A DNA stretch of 64,000 nt, from sequence record OQ921725.1, one strand, 5' to 3'. Positions 1 to 8,792 of the stretch are shown one piece after another (the first letter of the stretch is position 1; every line of letters begins with the position of its first letter). A model generated the notes under the pieces. It worked only from the letters and a program-made list of their open reading frames with translations, had not been told where the DNA came from and made no database searches. The translations under genes were made by a program, and so were the position numbers.

Positions 1-119
1 ACCGAGGGCGTCAGCGTGATCACGCCGTCCCCGTCGACCGTCACCGCGTACTGCCGGTCCTGAACCACCCGGTTCAGGTTGATCCGGCCGCGCGAGTCCG
101 GCGACACCAGGATGACCAT
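1..119 (-). CDS. AbrB/MazE/SpoVT-like swapped-hairpin small protein (runs off window edge)
   Basis: Manual translation MVILVSPDSRGRINLNRVVQDRQYAVTVDGDGVITLTPS; DSRGRI...V.V.G.I.L.P pattern; RBS GGAGGGAG. Confidence 0.55.
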   Translation of the reverse strand, partial: MVILVSPDSRGRINLNRVVQDRQYAVTVDGDGVITLTPS

Positions 120-198
120 GGTCTCTCCCTCCCACTGGTGGGCCGCGCCCACCTCCTATGAGGAGCCTATCCTGAACTTGGCTGCCATTTCAAGAAGT

Positions 199-573
199 TC
201 AGACGGCGATGCCCACCGACGCGACCACCGAGCCCGCGTACTCGTCGGTGACCGTGAACTCCCGGCTGAGCACGGCTGCGATCCGCTTGAGGAGCGCCCG
301 CTGCTCGAACTCCATCGACTCGTTGTGGATCCGGCACTGCGGGCACGTCGGGGGGAGGCCGCGCTTCAGACCCTCCATGATCTTCGCGCCGAGCGTCTTG
401 CTGCGGCAGCCCTCGCAGTCGTAGTGGTGCCGGTGAACCGAGGTCGTCACCGTCAGGCGGTCGGCCGACGGGTACACGTCCAGGTGGACATGCTCATTGC
501 TGCGGACCCCCTCCGTGTACAGCAGATCCTTCACCGCGTTCACCTTGCGGTCCGCCGCGTCCATCGCTCCCAT
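199..573 (-). CDS. Hypothetical protein with two CxxC motifs
   Basis: ORF 199..600 trimmed to ATG after GGAGAGGA; CEGC and CPQC. Confidence 0.7.
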   Translation of the reverse strand: MGAMDAADRKVNAVKDLLYTEGVRSNEHVHLDVYPSADRLTVTTSVHRHHYDCEGCRSKTLGAKIMEGLKRGLPPTCPQCRIHNESMEFEQRALLKRIAAVLSREFTVTDEYAGSVVASVGIAV

Positions 574-646
574 GATCTCATCCTCTCCGTCGGGGCTCAT
601 TCCCCAACGGAGAGGATATCAGCGGATCTTGATGGCCTGGGCCGAA

Positions 647-922
647 TCAGGAGGACCAGGGCCAGGCGTCAATCTCGGTGCGCACCAGGTACTGCCGGTT
701 CGCGTTCACCGTCACGCCGGGGTACGCCGCCTCCATCGACGCCTTCCAGGCACCCATTGCCGCCTCGGCCGCCGCGTCCTCGTTCTCCGTCACTGCCGAA
801 CCGAAGCCGTTCGTGAGCGGGAAGGTCTGCTCGATGCCGGTGTCCACCGGGTTCTCGGGATCCGTGTCGTTGAACAGCCACAGCCGGTACGTGACGGCGT
901 AGGCGCCGGTCGGGATTGCCAT
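647..922 (-). CDS. Hypothetical protein
   Basis: GGAGG RBS, GC3-biased codons. Confidence 0.7.
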   Translation of the reverse strand: MAIPTGAYAVTYRLWLFNDTDPENPVDTGIEQTFPLTNGFGSAVTENEDAAAEAAMGAWKASMEAAYPGVTVNANRQYLVRTEIDAWPWSS

Positions 923-1299
923 GATCAACCTCCAGTCGGGGAAACCCGGCCACCCTACTTCTCACGTATGCCTTCAGGCCCCTGCGGCTCACAGGCGGCC
1001 GACCACGCCCGCCGACCACCCGAGGGGCGCCGCGCCTGCCACCGGCCCGCAGCCGGACGCCCAGCCACCTTCCTGCCGCACCCGCAGCGCGAGCCCCGCC
1101 CGCACCCCGCACCCGGCAGAGCACAGAAGCCCAGAGGTCTTTCGAGCGAAGCGAGTCCATCCCTCCTCCGGCGGCGCGGAGCGCCGACGCGCTGAGGACG
1201 ACGATGAAGGCTTGGCGGAAGACAGGTCAGGTGCGGGCCGGTGGGTGGGGAACCCACTCCGGCGTGTGCCTGGCATGGCTGGAGCCAAGCCTGAAGAGG

Positions 1300-1560
1300 A
1301 GGACTTCTAGATACTTCTATAGGGGGTGGAAAATCGACGTTTCCCCAGGTCAGGTGGGCTACCGACTCTGTCATTTTCTGCCAGGGACGTTGACCTCATA
1401 TGGTCAACCATATGGCCTACTTTGGCAACGAGAGGTCAAGGGCATTTCATGGCAAACTTGGACATCTCTACTAGCGTGAACATGTCATCAATGTGACCCC
1501 GCTCTCCCCGTCACACCCTTCTCATACGCGGATAGAGGGAGTACCTTCTGGTGGACAAGG
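1300..1560. promoter_or_regulatory. AT-enriched intergenic region upstream of replication operon (putative promoter/origin), with perfect inverted repeat CATATGGT-CA-ACCATATG at 1397-1414
   Basis: Visible drop in GC, no credible ORF, palindrome read directly. Confidence 0.5.
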
Positions 1561-1628
1561 GGGCGACTTCTAGCTGCACTGCCGAGATCATTCTGCTAGA
1601 GTCGCAACTACGGAAAGGAGTGACCGGC

Positions 1629-2024
1629 ATGGGACACGAGGCCAGCGTCATCGACGCGACCCTGATGAACGAGTTCGGGCAGTATGCCCAGACGGCGCCG
1701 TTCCCCATCTGGGTGGTGGCGAAGCTCAGCGAGGAGTTCGAGGCCCTGGGCCTGTACGCGCGGATCGCCTCCGCCGCGACGATGGAGGACTCCGACAGGA
1801 TGCGCGTCACCATCTCGAAGGACTGGGCCGACGCCCTGTTCGGCGAGGACGGCGAGTGGAAGAAGCCGATGCAGTTCCTGCTGGACATCGAGGCGATCAC
1901 GAAGGTCGCCGTGTACCGCAGCGGCAAGGTCCGGCTTCAGATGGAGGCGTACCCGCCCGACATCCGCGACGAGCTGGACGCTTACCGGCGCCCGAACGGC
2001 AAGCTGGTGGCAGCCTTCTCCTGA
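1629..2024 (+). CDS. Putative winged-helix protein, probable paralogue of the downstream initiator
   Basis: RBS GAAAGGAG; W-V...Y...W...KPMQFL pattern parallels 2096..3040. Confidence 0.6.
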   Translation: MGHEASVIDATLMNEFGQYAQTAPFPIWVVAKLSEEFEALGLYARIASAATMEDSDRMRVTISKDWADALFGEDGEWKKPMQFLLDIEAITKVAVYRSGKVRLQMEAYPPDIRDELDAYRRPNGKLVAAFS

Positions 2025-2095
2025 GAAAGGAGAAGGCCCCAGCGTGAACTGGGGCCTCGATCAAGCAAACTGACTGAAAGGTTACAGCGGAAGCC

Positions 2096-3040
2096 ATGTC
2101 GGATTCAAGGCACTTCACCGTGGTCGACGACTGGGTGCTGCTGCACCCGGACGTGACGTCCACCGAGTACCGGATCTACTCGATCATCAAGGGCAACCTG
2201 AAGCACACCCACGGAGGTGTGCCCGAGACCGGCTTCCGCGCGACCGCCGCCTGGGTCAACGAGATCTCCAACGGCCTCGTGTCGGTGAGCACCGCGCACA
2301 AGGCGATGCAGGCCCTGGCCAAGAAGGGGATCCTGCGCAGGCTCAACAACCCGCAGTCCGGCGAGGGTGCCGACTTCGAGTTCGTCGTGGTGCCGCCGGA
2401 GGAGTACGCCGGGCCCAAGAGCGTGATGGCCGAGGCCGCTGCGATCAGCAAGAAGAAGAGCCGCAGCGTGGTTTTCGTGACGGTGCCGCTGAACCGCAGG
2501 CCCCGCAAGGGTGCCCGCCAGCAGGAAGCACAGGCGCAGGCGATCGTTCTCATGGATGAAGAGGCCGAGGAGCCGGAGCCCGAGTTCGACATGTCGGCCC
2601 TGGAGGACACCGGGCCGACCGGCGCCGAGGCCGAGTTCGCCGTCGAGCTGGAAGAGATCACCGCACGGAACACCGAGCCCCGGCTGCGCCTGATGTCGGC
2701 CGCCTGCGAGCGTGTTGCCGCTGCGGTGCGCCCGGCGCTGGAAGCCGGGTGGAACCCGCGCGAACTGGCGCTGCGGATGGCGGCCGAGCTGAACCCCCGG
2801 GTCAATGCCCCGGAGCGGCTGCTGATCAGCAAGGCGGGGGACCTCGGCAAGCCGCCGAAGACGCGCACCGTGATGCCCGAGGCGCCGAAGGAAGACGACC
2901 AGCTCAACCGGTACGTGCCGCCGAAGCAGTTCCACCAGCGCCCTGGCCTGGACATCAGCCCCGAGGAGCAGGAGAAGATCGACGCGAGGCTGCGCGAGTA
3001 CCAGGCCCAGCGTGACCGGGCCAACCTGCTGAAGAGCTGA
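2096..3040 (+). CDS. Phage replication initiator-like wHTH protein
   Basis: FTVVDDWVLLHPDVTSTEYRIYSII...VSTAHKAMQALAKKGIL; directly upstream of DnaB. Confidence 0.7.
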   Translation: MSDSRHFTVVDDWVLLHPDVTSTEYRIYSIIKGNLKHTHGGVPETGFRATAAWVNEISNGLVSVSTAHKAMQALAKKGILRRLNNPQSGEGADFEFVVVPPEEYAGPKSVMAEAAAISKKKSRSVVFVTVPLNRRPRKGARQQEAQAQAIVLMDEEAEEPEPEFDMSALEDTGPTGAEAEFAVELEEITARNTEPRLRLMSAACERVAAAVRPALEAGWNPRELALRMAAELNPRVNAPERLLISKAGDLGKPPKTRTVMPEAPKEDDQLNRYVPPKQFHQRPGLDISPEEQEKIDARLREYQAQRDRANLLKS

Positions 3041-3063
3041 AGAAACGGATAAGGAGAACAAAC

Positions 3064-4425
3064 GTGGGTGAAGTACGCGCCATTGCGGGCGGAACCATGG
3101 TCGACCCGCACGCGGAGACGGCCGTTCTGGGGGAACTGCTCGTCTCCGACGGCCACCCGCTTGACTGCCGTGACGAAGTCACCGACATCCTGCGGGACGC
3201 CGGGCCGGAAGTGTTCCACGACCCGCTGAACCGCAAGGTGTACGAGGCGTTCCTGTCCTGCTTCATCGACGGCGGCCACACCGACCCGGTGGCGGTCGTC
3301 GGCGCCCTGCGGCAGGAAGGGGAGCTGACCGCCGAGCTGTTCGACCACGTGCACAGCCTGCCGTCGAAGGCCGGGAACCTCGCGGCCTCGCACGGCGGGG
3401 CGCGGAGCCTGCTCGACCTGTACCGGCGGCGCATGCTGCACAAGGTGCTGGTGGAGTCCTCCGGCCGGGTCCAGGCGGGCGGCGGGTCCTACGGCGAGAT
3501 CGCCGGGGAGGTCTCGGTGGTGGTGTCGGAGGTCATCGACACCTCCACGAAGGTGGAGACCACCTTCTCCGCATCGCAGGTCTCCGAGGCCGCCCTGGGG
3601 CACATCCTCCACGGGCGGACCATGGAGAAGGGCATCCCGATGGGGCTGCACGACATCGACGAACTGACCGGCGGCATGCGACTCGGACAATTCATCGTAA
3701 TTGCGGGCAGACCTGGACATGGTAAGACCACCGTCGGCGCCCAGGTCGCGCGGAACGTGGCGCACCAGGGGATGGCCACGGAGATCTTCTCGCTGGAGAT
3801 GCCGAAGGAGGAGCTGGGCCAGCGCAACGCGTCGGCCGAGACCGGCATCCCCTTCGAGGACATCCGTGACGGCCGGGTGGACGCCGAGGCGATCGAGCGA
3901 CTGATCGAGTACGACGCCAGCCAGGCCGACTACCCGATGACGGTCGACGACGACCCGGGCCAGACGCTCGGGGAGATCGCGCTGAAGGTCCGCAAGTCGG
4001 CCCGGGAGAAGGGTGCGAAGGTCTTCGTGATCGACTACCTCCAGCTCGTGAAGCCGGACAAGCCGACCGGCAATCCGACGGTGGACGTGGCGATCGTCTC
4101 GGAGGGACTGCGCAGGCTGGCCCGTACGCTCCGGGTCATCATCATCGCCCTGGCCCAGCTCAACCGTGAGTCGGCCGGTCGCGACGACGGCAAGCCGAAG
4201 CTGACCGACCTGCGCCAGTCCGGCCAGATCGAGCAGGACGCGAACGTGGTCATCCTGGTTCACCTGCCGTTCAAGATCGACCCCGACACGGCGCGCGGCA
4301 AGGAGGCCGACCTGATCCTCGCGAAGAACCGAGGAGGCAAGACGGCCGAACGGGTGATGCTGTTCGACGGTGCCCACAGCCGGTTCCTCAACCCGTCCGA
4401 CATGCTCGCCGGGATCTCGTCGTGA
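3064..4425 (+). CDS. dnaB: DnaB-like replicative helicase
   Basis: AETAVLGELL N-domain, Walker A AGRPGHGKT, FSLEM, VIDYLQL, ALAQLNRE, DLRQSGQIEQDA, LAKNRGG. Confidence 0.97.
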   Translation: MGEVRAIAGGTMVDPHAETAVLGELLVSDGHPLDCRDEVTDILRDAGPEVFHDPLNRKVYEAFLSCFIDGGHTDPVAVVGALRQEGELTAELFDHVHSLPSKAGNLAASHGGARSLLDLYRRRMLHKVLVESSGRVQAGGGSYGEIAGEVSVVVSEVIDTSTKVETTFSASQVSEAALGHILHGRTMEKGIPMGLHDIDELTGGMRLGQFIVIAGRPGHGKTTVGAQVARNVAHQGMATEIFSLEMPKEELGQRNASAETGIPFEDIRDGRVDAEAIERLIEYDASQADYPMTVDDDPGQTLGEIALKVRKSAREKGAKVFVIDYLQLVKPDKPTGNPTVDVAIVSEGLRRLARTLRVIIIALAQLNRESAGRDDGKPKLTDLRQSGQIEQDANVVILVHLPFKIDPDTARGKEADLILAKNRGGKTAERVMLFDGAHSRFLNPSDMLAGISS

Positions 4426-4868
4426 TCACGGGAGAGTTCCTGGTCTGCGACGATCTCGGTCCGCTCGGACGGCTGGCTCCGCCCGGCGACCTCTTCGTGA
4501 TGGAGCCCCGGGACGTCAGCCTCGTGATCTCCGAACGCAAGTGGATCAACGAAAAGTACCTGGAGGCGGACGAGAAGGCCGAGAAGTACCGGAAGTGGCT
4601 GAAGACGGCCCACCTGCGGGGACGGCGTGACGCGATCCGGGAATGGTTCGACATCTGGACCATCGAGGCTGCGAAGTACGCCGTCTGCGACGGCTGGCTG
4701 CTGAGCGTCGTCGGCCTGCTGGAGATGGGCAAGCAGCAGGCGATGAACGTGCCGAAGAACTTCTCCTACAACGGCTTCGGCCCGATTCGCGAGCTGACGA
4801 AGAAGGTCATCGAGGCGACCGACGAGGAGATCATCGCGGGCGCCCGGTTCCGGGCGAAGCTCCGGTAG
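4422..4868 (+). CDS. Hypothetical protein
   Basis: GTGA overlap with dnaB stop; coding bias. Confidence 0.75.
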   Translation: MITGEFLVCDDLGPLGRLAPPGDLFVMEPRDVSLVISERKWINEKYLEADEKAEKYRKWLKTAHLRGRRDAIREWFDIWTIEAAKYAVCDGWLLSVVGLLEMGKQQAMNVPKNFSYNGFGPIRELTKKVIEATDEEIIAGARFRAKLR

Positions 4869-4969
4869 AAGCGCGAAGGCCAGGCGTCCGGTGTCCACCG
4901 GATGGCCTGGCCCCACTTCCTGCCCCTCGTGGGGCGGCATGTAGAGTATGGCAGCCATGGGTGACGGGC

Positions 4970-4995
4970 GGCAAGCCCCTTTCGAGGGGCTTGCC
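4970..4995 (+). terminator. Hairpin GGCAAGCCCCT-TTCG-AGGGGCTTGCC
   Basis: 11-bp perfect stem, UUCG loop, intergenic. Confidence 0.65.
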
Positions 4996-5003
4996 AGTAG
5001 AAG

Positions 5004-5015
5004 TGGCCCAGGCCA
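5004..5015. promoter_or_regulatory. Palindromic operator TGGCCCAGGCCA, 5 nt before -10 TAGGCT
   Basis: One of 10 intergenic copies. Confidence 0.7.
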
Positions 5016-5030
5016 TGTAGTAGGCTGTGG

Positions 5031-5612
5031 GTGAACCAAGTTGATGTTGGTTCACCCCTCGGAAAGGGTGAAGAGATGGTTGTGTCTGTGGGGCCCATCG
5101 CTCTGGCGCGGCCCGGATGGGGACTGAAGGAGGGCGCCGTCACGTCGCTCGTGTCGAACGACTCGGGAGGCAGGCCGGACGTCCTCTGCGCGCAGATGCT
5201 GCTGAACGCGGCGATCTGCGGAATGAAGGTGCTCGTGCTTCTGCCGGGGCTCCGGTCCGACGACGAGGTGTGGTCCTCGGTCGGCCAGATCCTGGGCGAC
5301 GGGGACGGGCGCGTGGCGGCCAAGGAGATGCGCCATCTGCGACTCGTCATGTACGCCTCCGGCACCGGCCGGGAGCACGTCAACAAGGCTGAGCTGGTGT
5401 ACGCTCCTGGACTCAGCCCCTCCGAACTCGGCCGCCTCAGCGATGAGACGACGGCCCCGATCCTGACCCTCGCCGACCTCGAAAGCGAGACGGCGAAGCG
5501 GCTGTCCAGCGAAGTGATCCGCGTCGGCGGCGACACGATCGTCTACGACGCCGAGGGCTTCGAGGTTCCTGTCGTGTTCGACCCGAGCGGTCCGGTCTAT
5601 CGCCCGGCATGA
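5031..5612 (+). CDS. Degenerate DnaB/RecA-like ATPase domain with broken Walker A
   Basis: WGLKEGAVTSLVSNDSGGRPDVLCAQMLLNAAICGMKVLV aligns to GGMRLGQFIVIAGRPGHGKTTVGAQVARNVAHQGMATEI of DnaB. Confidence 0.55.
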   Translation: MNQVDVGSPLGKGEEMVVSVGPIALARPGWGLKEGAVTSLVSNDSGGRPDVLCAQMLLNAAICGMKVLVLLPGLRSDDEVWSSVGQILGDGDGRVAAKEMRHLRLVMYASGTGREHVNKAELVYAPGLSPSELGRLSDETTAPILTLADLESETAKRLSSEVIRVGGDTIVYDAEGFEVPVVFDPSGPVYRPA

Positions 5613-5675
5613 TGGTCGTCGCACGCCCCGCTACCGGTGGGGCGTACGCGGCGCCCGGTGAGAGAGGTTGTGCGA

Positions 5676-7202
5676 ATGGCACGAGGGTCAGGACTCAGGA
5701 ACGTACTCGCGGCGCTGGACAGGAGCGGAAGCCGGGTCAAGCAGCACGGTGGGTACTACACCGCCCAGTGCCCGGCACACGAGGACCGGAACGCTTCCCT
5801 CAGCATCACCCAGGGCGAGAAGGGCGCGGTGCTCAACTGCCACGCCCGGTGCGCCACCGACGACATCCGTATCGCGCTCGACCTCAACTGGCCCGACCTG
5901 TTCGACAACGGCGGCCAGATGGGGGACGAGGACCGCCAGCTCGCGGCCGACCTGTGGATGCCCTGCCAGAAGAACGGCTGCGGCGGCCACAAGTCGGCCG
6001 AGTATCGGTACTCGGACGAGAACGGGAACTTCCTCTACGCGGTCGCGCGGTGCTCGCGCAAGGGTGACGGCTGCCCGCAGCCGTTCGCCCAGTGGGTGCC
6101 GGACGCCAGCAAGAAGTTCGGCAAGAAGTGGGGCCTGCCCTCCTCGGTCCGGCGGGTGCTCTACAACCTGGCGAAGGTGATCGAGGCAGCGAAGGCCGGG
6201 CGCCGGATCTGGCTCATGGAGGGCGAGAAGGACGCCGACCGGATGAGGCGGGACTTCCCCGACGAGGCGGTGACGACCATTGTCTCGGGGGCGGGCAAGT
6301 CGAAGTGGCGGCTGGAGTACGGCCGCTACTTCAAGGGCGCCTCCGAGGTGATCATCGTGGCCGACTGCGACCGCACCGGCCTGGAGTTCGCCGAGGAGGT
6401 GCACAAGCACCTGAGCAATGTGGTGACCAAGGTCAAGGTGGTGTGCTCGCCGCTCATGGCCGACGGCGCCGACTTCTCCGATCACCGTGATCACGGATTC
6501 GGTCTCGACGAGTTCGAGATCGTGCCCTTCACGCCGATCAAGAAGCGGCCCGAGATGATGATCCTGGTCGAGGAGGAGCACCGCGAAAAGCCGGTGGTGT
6601 TCAGCGGTTTCAGTCAGGAGTCCGTCGAGCGCAGCCTGGTCGGATCGATTCTGCGGTACGGCCACTCCTACGGGATCGCCGAGGTCGATATCCAGACCGA
6701 CAGCCGCATGAACGTGATCATCAAGGCGGCTGCCCGGCTGGCCCGGCAGGAGAACGTGATCACGCCGGACATGGTGGCCGCCGAGGTCGAGGAGATGGGG
6801 GTGAGCACCTTCGAGAAGGTGCTGCCCTATGCCCTCGAACTGGAGGCGGTCGCCTTCGACGACACGACCAAGCCGCTCGTCGCGGCGCGCATCCTGCGGG
6901 AGCGCACCATGCGCCGGATGCTGGCGCTCGTCAGCCGGGCCACCGAGTCGGCGGCCCAGGATGAGAAGAGGCCGCTGGACCAGATCCTGGCCGAGGTCGG
7001 CCGGACTGCGGAACGGATGAACGAGGAGTACGTCTCGCTGGAGCGCGAGTACTGCGAACCGGTCGGCGACGTGTTCACCGGGGACGTCCTCGAAGAGATC
7101 GTCATGATGGAAGAGATCGAGCAGGAGAAGACGAACGTCACCCCGATGCACCCGAAGAAGCAGGGTGTGACGTACCGGCCCAGGGCGGCCCAGGGAAGCT
7201 GA
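5676..7202 (+). CDS. DNA primase (CHC2-type Zn finger + Toprim) with C-terminal DnaB-N-like domain
   Basis: AQCPAHED...NCHARC, LMEGEKDAD, IVADCD, GADFSD; C-terminal ESVERSLVGSIL. Confidence 0.9.
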   Translation: MARGSGLRNVLAALDRSGSRVKQHGGYYTAQCPAHEDRNASLSITQGEKGAVLNCHARCATDDIRIALDLNWPDLFDNGGQMGDEDRQLAADLWMPCQKNGCGGHKSAEYRYSDENGNFLYAVARCSRKGDGCPQPFAQWVPDASKKFGKKWGLPSSVRRVLYNLAKVIEAAKAGRRIWLMEGEKDADRMRRDFPDEAVTTIVSGAGKSKWRLEYGRYFKGASEVIIVADCDRTGLEFAEEVHKHLSNVVTKVKVVCSPLMADGADFSDHRDHGFGLDEFEIVPFTPIKKRPEMMILVEEEHREKPVVFSGFSQESVERSLVGSILRYGHSYGIAEVDIQTDSRMNVIIKAAARLARQENVITPDMVAAEVEEMGVSTFEKVLPYALELEAVAFDDTTKPLVAARILRERTMRRMLALVSRATESAAQDEKRPLDQILAEVGRTAERMNEEYVSLEREYCEPVGDVFTGDVLEEIVMMEEIEQEKTNVTPMHPKKQGVTYRPRAAQGS

Positions 7203-7204
7203 CA

Positions 7205-7216
7205 TGGCCCAGGCCA
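7205..7216. promoter_or_regulatory. Palindromic operator TGGCCCAGGCCA, 5 nt before -10 TAATCT
   Basis: Repeat family. Confidence 0.7.
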
Positions 7217-7282
7217 TCTGGTAATCTCAACAGAAGGAAACGGAGCCCCGGTTGAGAACCGGGGCTTTCGGAAGGAGACGAC

Positions 7283-7504
7283 GTGGCACGCAAGGGACGC
7301 GAGAAGTACTACGAGGATCTGCTGGAGGAGGCAGAGTCCCCGAAGGAGCGGTTCGAGGTTCTGCGCAGCAGGCTGCTGGCGGACGTCAAGCGCCTGCCCG
7401 TCGAGCTGCGCGACGGCGCCTACGCCAGCGCGGCCGATGCGCTGAAGAGCGTCATCGAGGCCATCGACGACGCGATCGAGGACATCCGGCCGGTGGGCGT
7501 ATGA
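7283..7504 (+). CDS. Hypothetical protein
   Basis: RBS AAGGAG, GTG start. Confidence 0.75.
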   Translation: MARKGREKYYEDLLEEAESPKERFEVLRSRLLADVKRLPVELRDGAYASAADALKSVIEAIDDAIEDIRPVGV

Positions 7505-7893
7505 GGATCGACGGCACCCGCCTGGACCTGCGCACCATGGCCGACCGGATCAACCGCAAGCCGCTGATCGGCGGCCGTCGGCACCTTGGAGTCGGCGGCG
7601 ACATGGTCATCGTCAGCGAACTCGGCCACCCGGACCAGGCGGGGATCGGCATCGGTACGCCCGGTCCGTGGGTGACCATCCACTGCATCACGCGCGGGTA
7701 CGACGAGCACATGTCGCCCATCGACCGGGACGGCTGGCTGGACGTCGCCGCCCTGACGCCCTGGCGGGAGTACTGGCTGGAGCTGGATCCGCTCGGCGGT
7801 GTCAGGGTGGAACGAGCCGACTCGGACGGCAACAGCTTCCGCTGGTACTGGCCGCTTCCCTCTGATTCCTGGAGGTGGATCCAGTGCGGGTGA
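7501..7893 (+). CDS. Hypothetical Trp-rich protein
   Basis: ATGA overlap; 3' part of ORF 7252..7893. Confidence 0.7.
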   Translation: MRIDGTRLDLRTMADRINRKPLIGGRRHLGVGGDMVIVSELGHPDQAGIGIGTPGPWVTIHCITRGYDEHMSPIDRDGWLDVAALTPWREYWLELDPLGGVRVERADSDGNSFRWYWPLPSDSWRWIQCG

Positions 7894-8309
7894 ACACCGG
7901 TCGCCTCGACCTGAAGAGCCTCAACGTCGGCGAGCCCTGCATCATCACGACCGGCGGCTCGTCGATCAAGCTGGTGCACACCGGCCAGACCATCGAGATG
8001 GGCCTGTACCTCACAGGTGTCGGCATGCAGCCGCTCGCCGACGACCGCCTGCTGCGGATCGAGCACGTCAAGGGGTTCCCCGTCTACTGGCTGCACCTGG
8101 GCAAGCTGGCCCCGAGGCGGCTGTACACGGTTCTCGTGACGAGCCCGCCCCGGATGCACGACGAGGCCATGGGCCCCCGCTTCAGCGGGATGCCGGGCTG
8201 GCAGATCAGTGACGACACCCCAGGAAGCGGCCCGCAGCCGGGCGAGATGGAGTCCGGCGGCCGGAGCTGGAACCTGCTGGGCAAACTGCTGGGAAGGAGG
8301 GGAGACTGA
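7890..8309 (+). CDS. Hypothetical protein
   Basis: GTGA overlap, coding bias. Confidence 0.7.
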   Translation: MNTGRLDLKSLNVGEPCIITTGGSSIKLVHTGQTIEMGLYLTGVGMQPLADDRLLRIEHVKGFPVYWLHLGKLAPRRLYTVLVTSPPRMHDEAMGPRFSGMPGWQISDDTPGSGPQPGEMESGGRSWNLLGKLLGRRGD

Positions 8310-8773
8310 TGGACCGCAGAGAGCTGCTGTTCCAGGACGAGTACTGGGTGGACGGTCCGGGCCGGATCCACCGGGTTGCCGACATGGACATCAAGCACGC
8401 CCAGAACACCTACCGGTACCTGACCATGGCCGACCGGGCGCTGGCCCACCTCGACCTTCTGATCTCCTCGTACCTGCTGGGGCCGGGCCCGAGCGGGGAC
8501 GCCGCGACCGACGCCTACGAGGGCGAGCTGGCCCGGCTGGAGGCGGCGCGCAGCAACCCCATCGGCTGGATCAAGGAGCTGCCCTTGCTGGTGGCCCTCC
8601 AGGAGCGCGGCTGGGGCAACCCCGAACCGAAGCCGAAGCCCCGGCACCGGGAGCTGCTGGTGGTGCTCAAGGTCAAGATCGGTCACGACGCTGACGCGAA
8701 TCCGGTCGAATGGGACATCGAAGAGGCAGTGAAGGCGCTGCCCTACGACATCGAGATCACCGACGTGCGGTGA
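8309..8773 (+). CDS. Hypothetical protein
   Basis: TGATG coupling, RBS GGAGGGG. Confidence 0.75.
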   Translation: MDRRELLFQDEYWVDGPGRIHRVADMDIKHAQNTYRYLTMADRALAHLDLLISSYLLGPGPSGDAATDAYEGELARLEAARSNPIGWIKELPLLVALQERGWGNPEPKPKPRHRELLVVLKVKIGHDADANPVEWDIEEAVKALPYDIEITDVR

Positions 8774-8792
8774 TCCGGAAAGGCGGAACGAC

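Noticed and set aside
669-1374. ORFs 669..1160, 955..1374 and 989..1288
   Set aside because: Arg/Gly/Pro-rich low-complexity translations without codon bias; treated as non-coding
1550-1558. TTGTCCACC on the minus strand as a DnaA box
   Set aside because: Single mismatched copy; expected by chance
2105-7217. Long antisense ORFs 2105..3061, 2176..4377 and 5688..7217
   Set aside because: Shadows of GC3-biased initiator, DnaB and primase genes; no motifs or RBS
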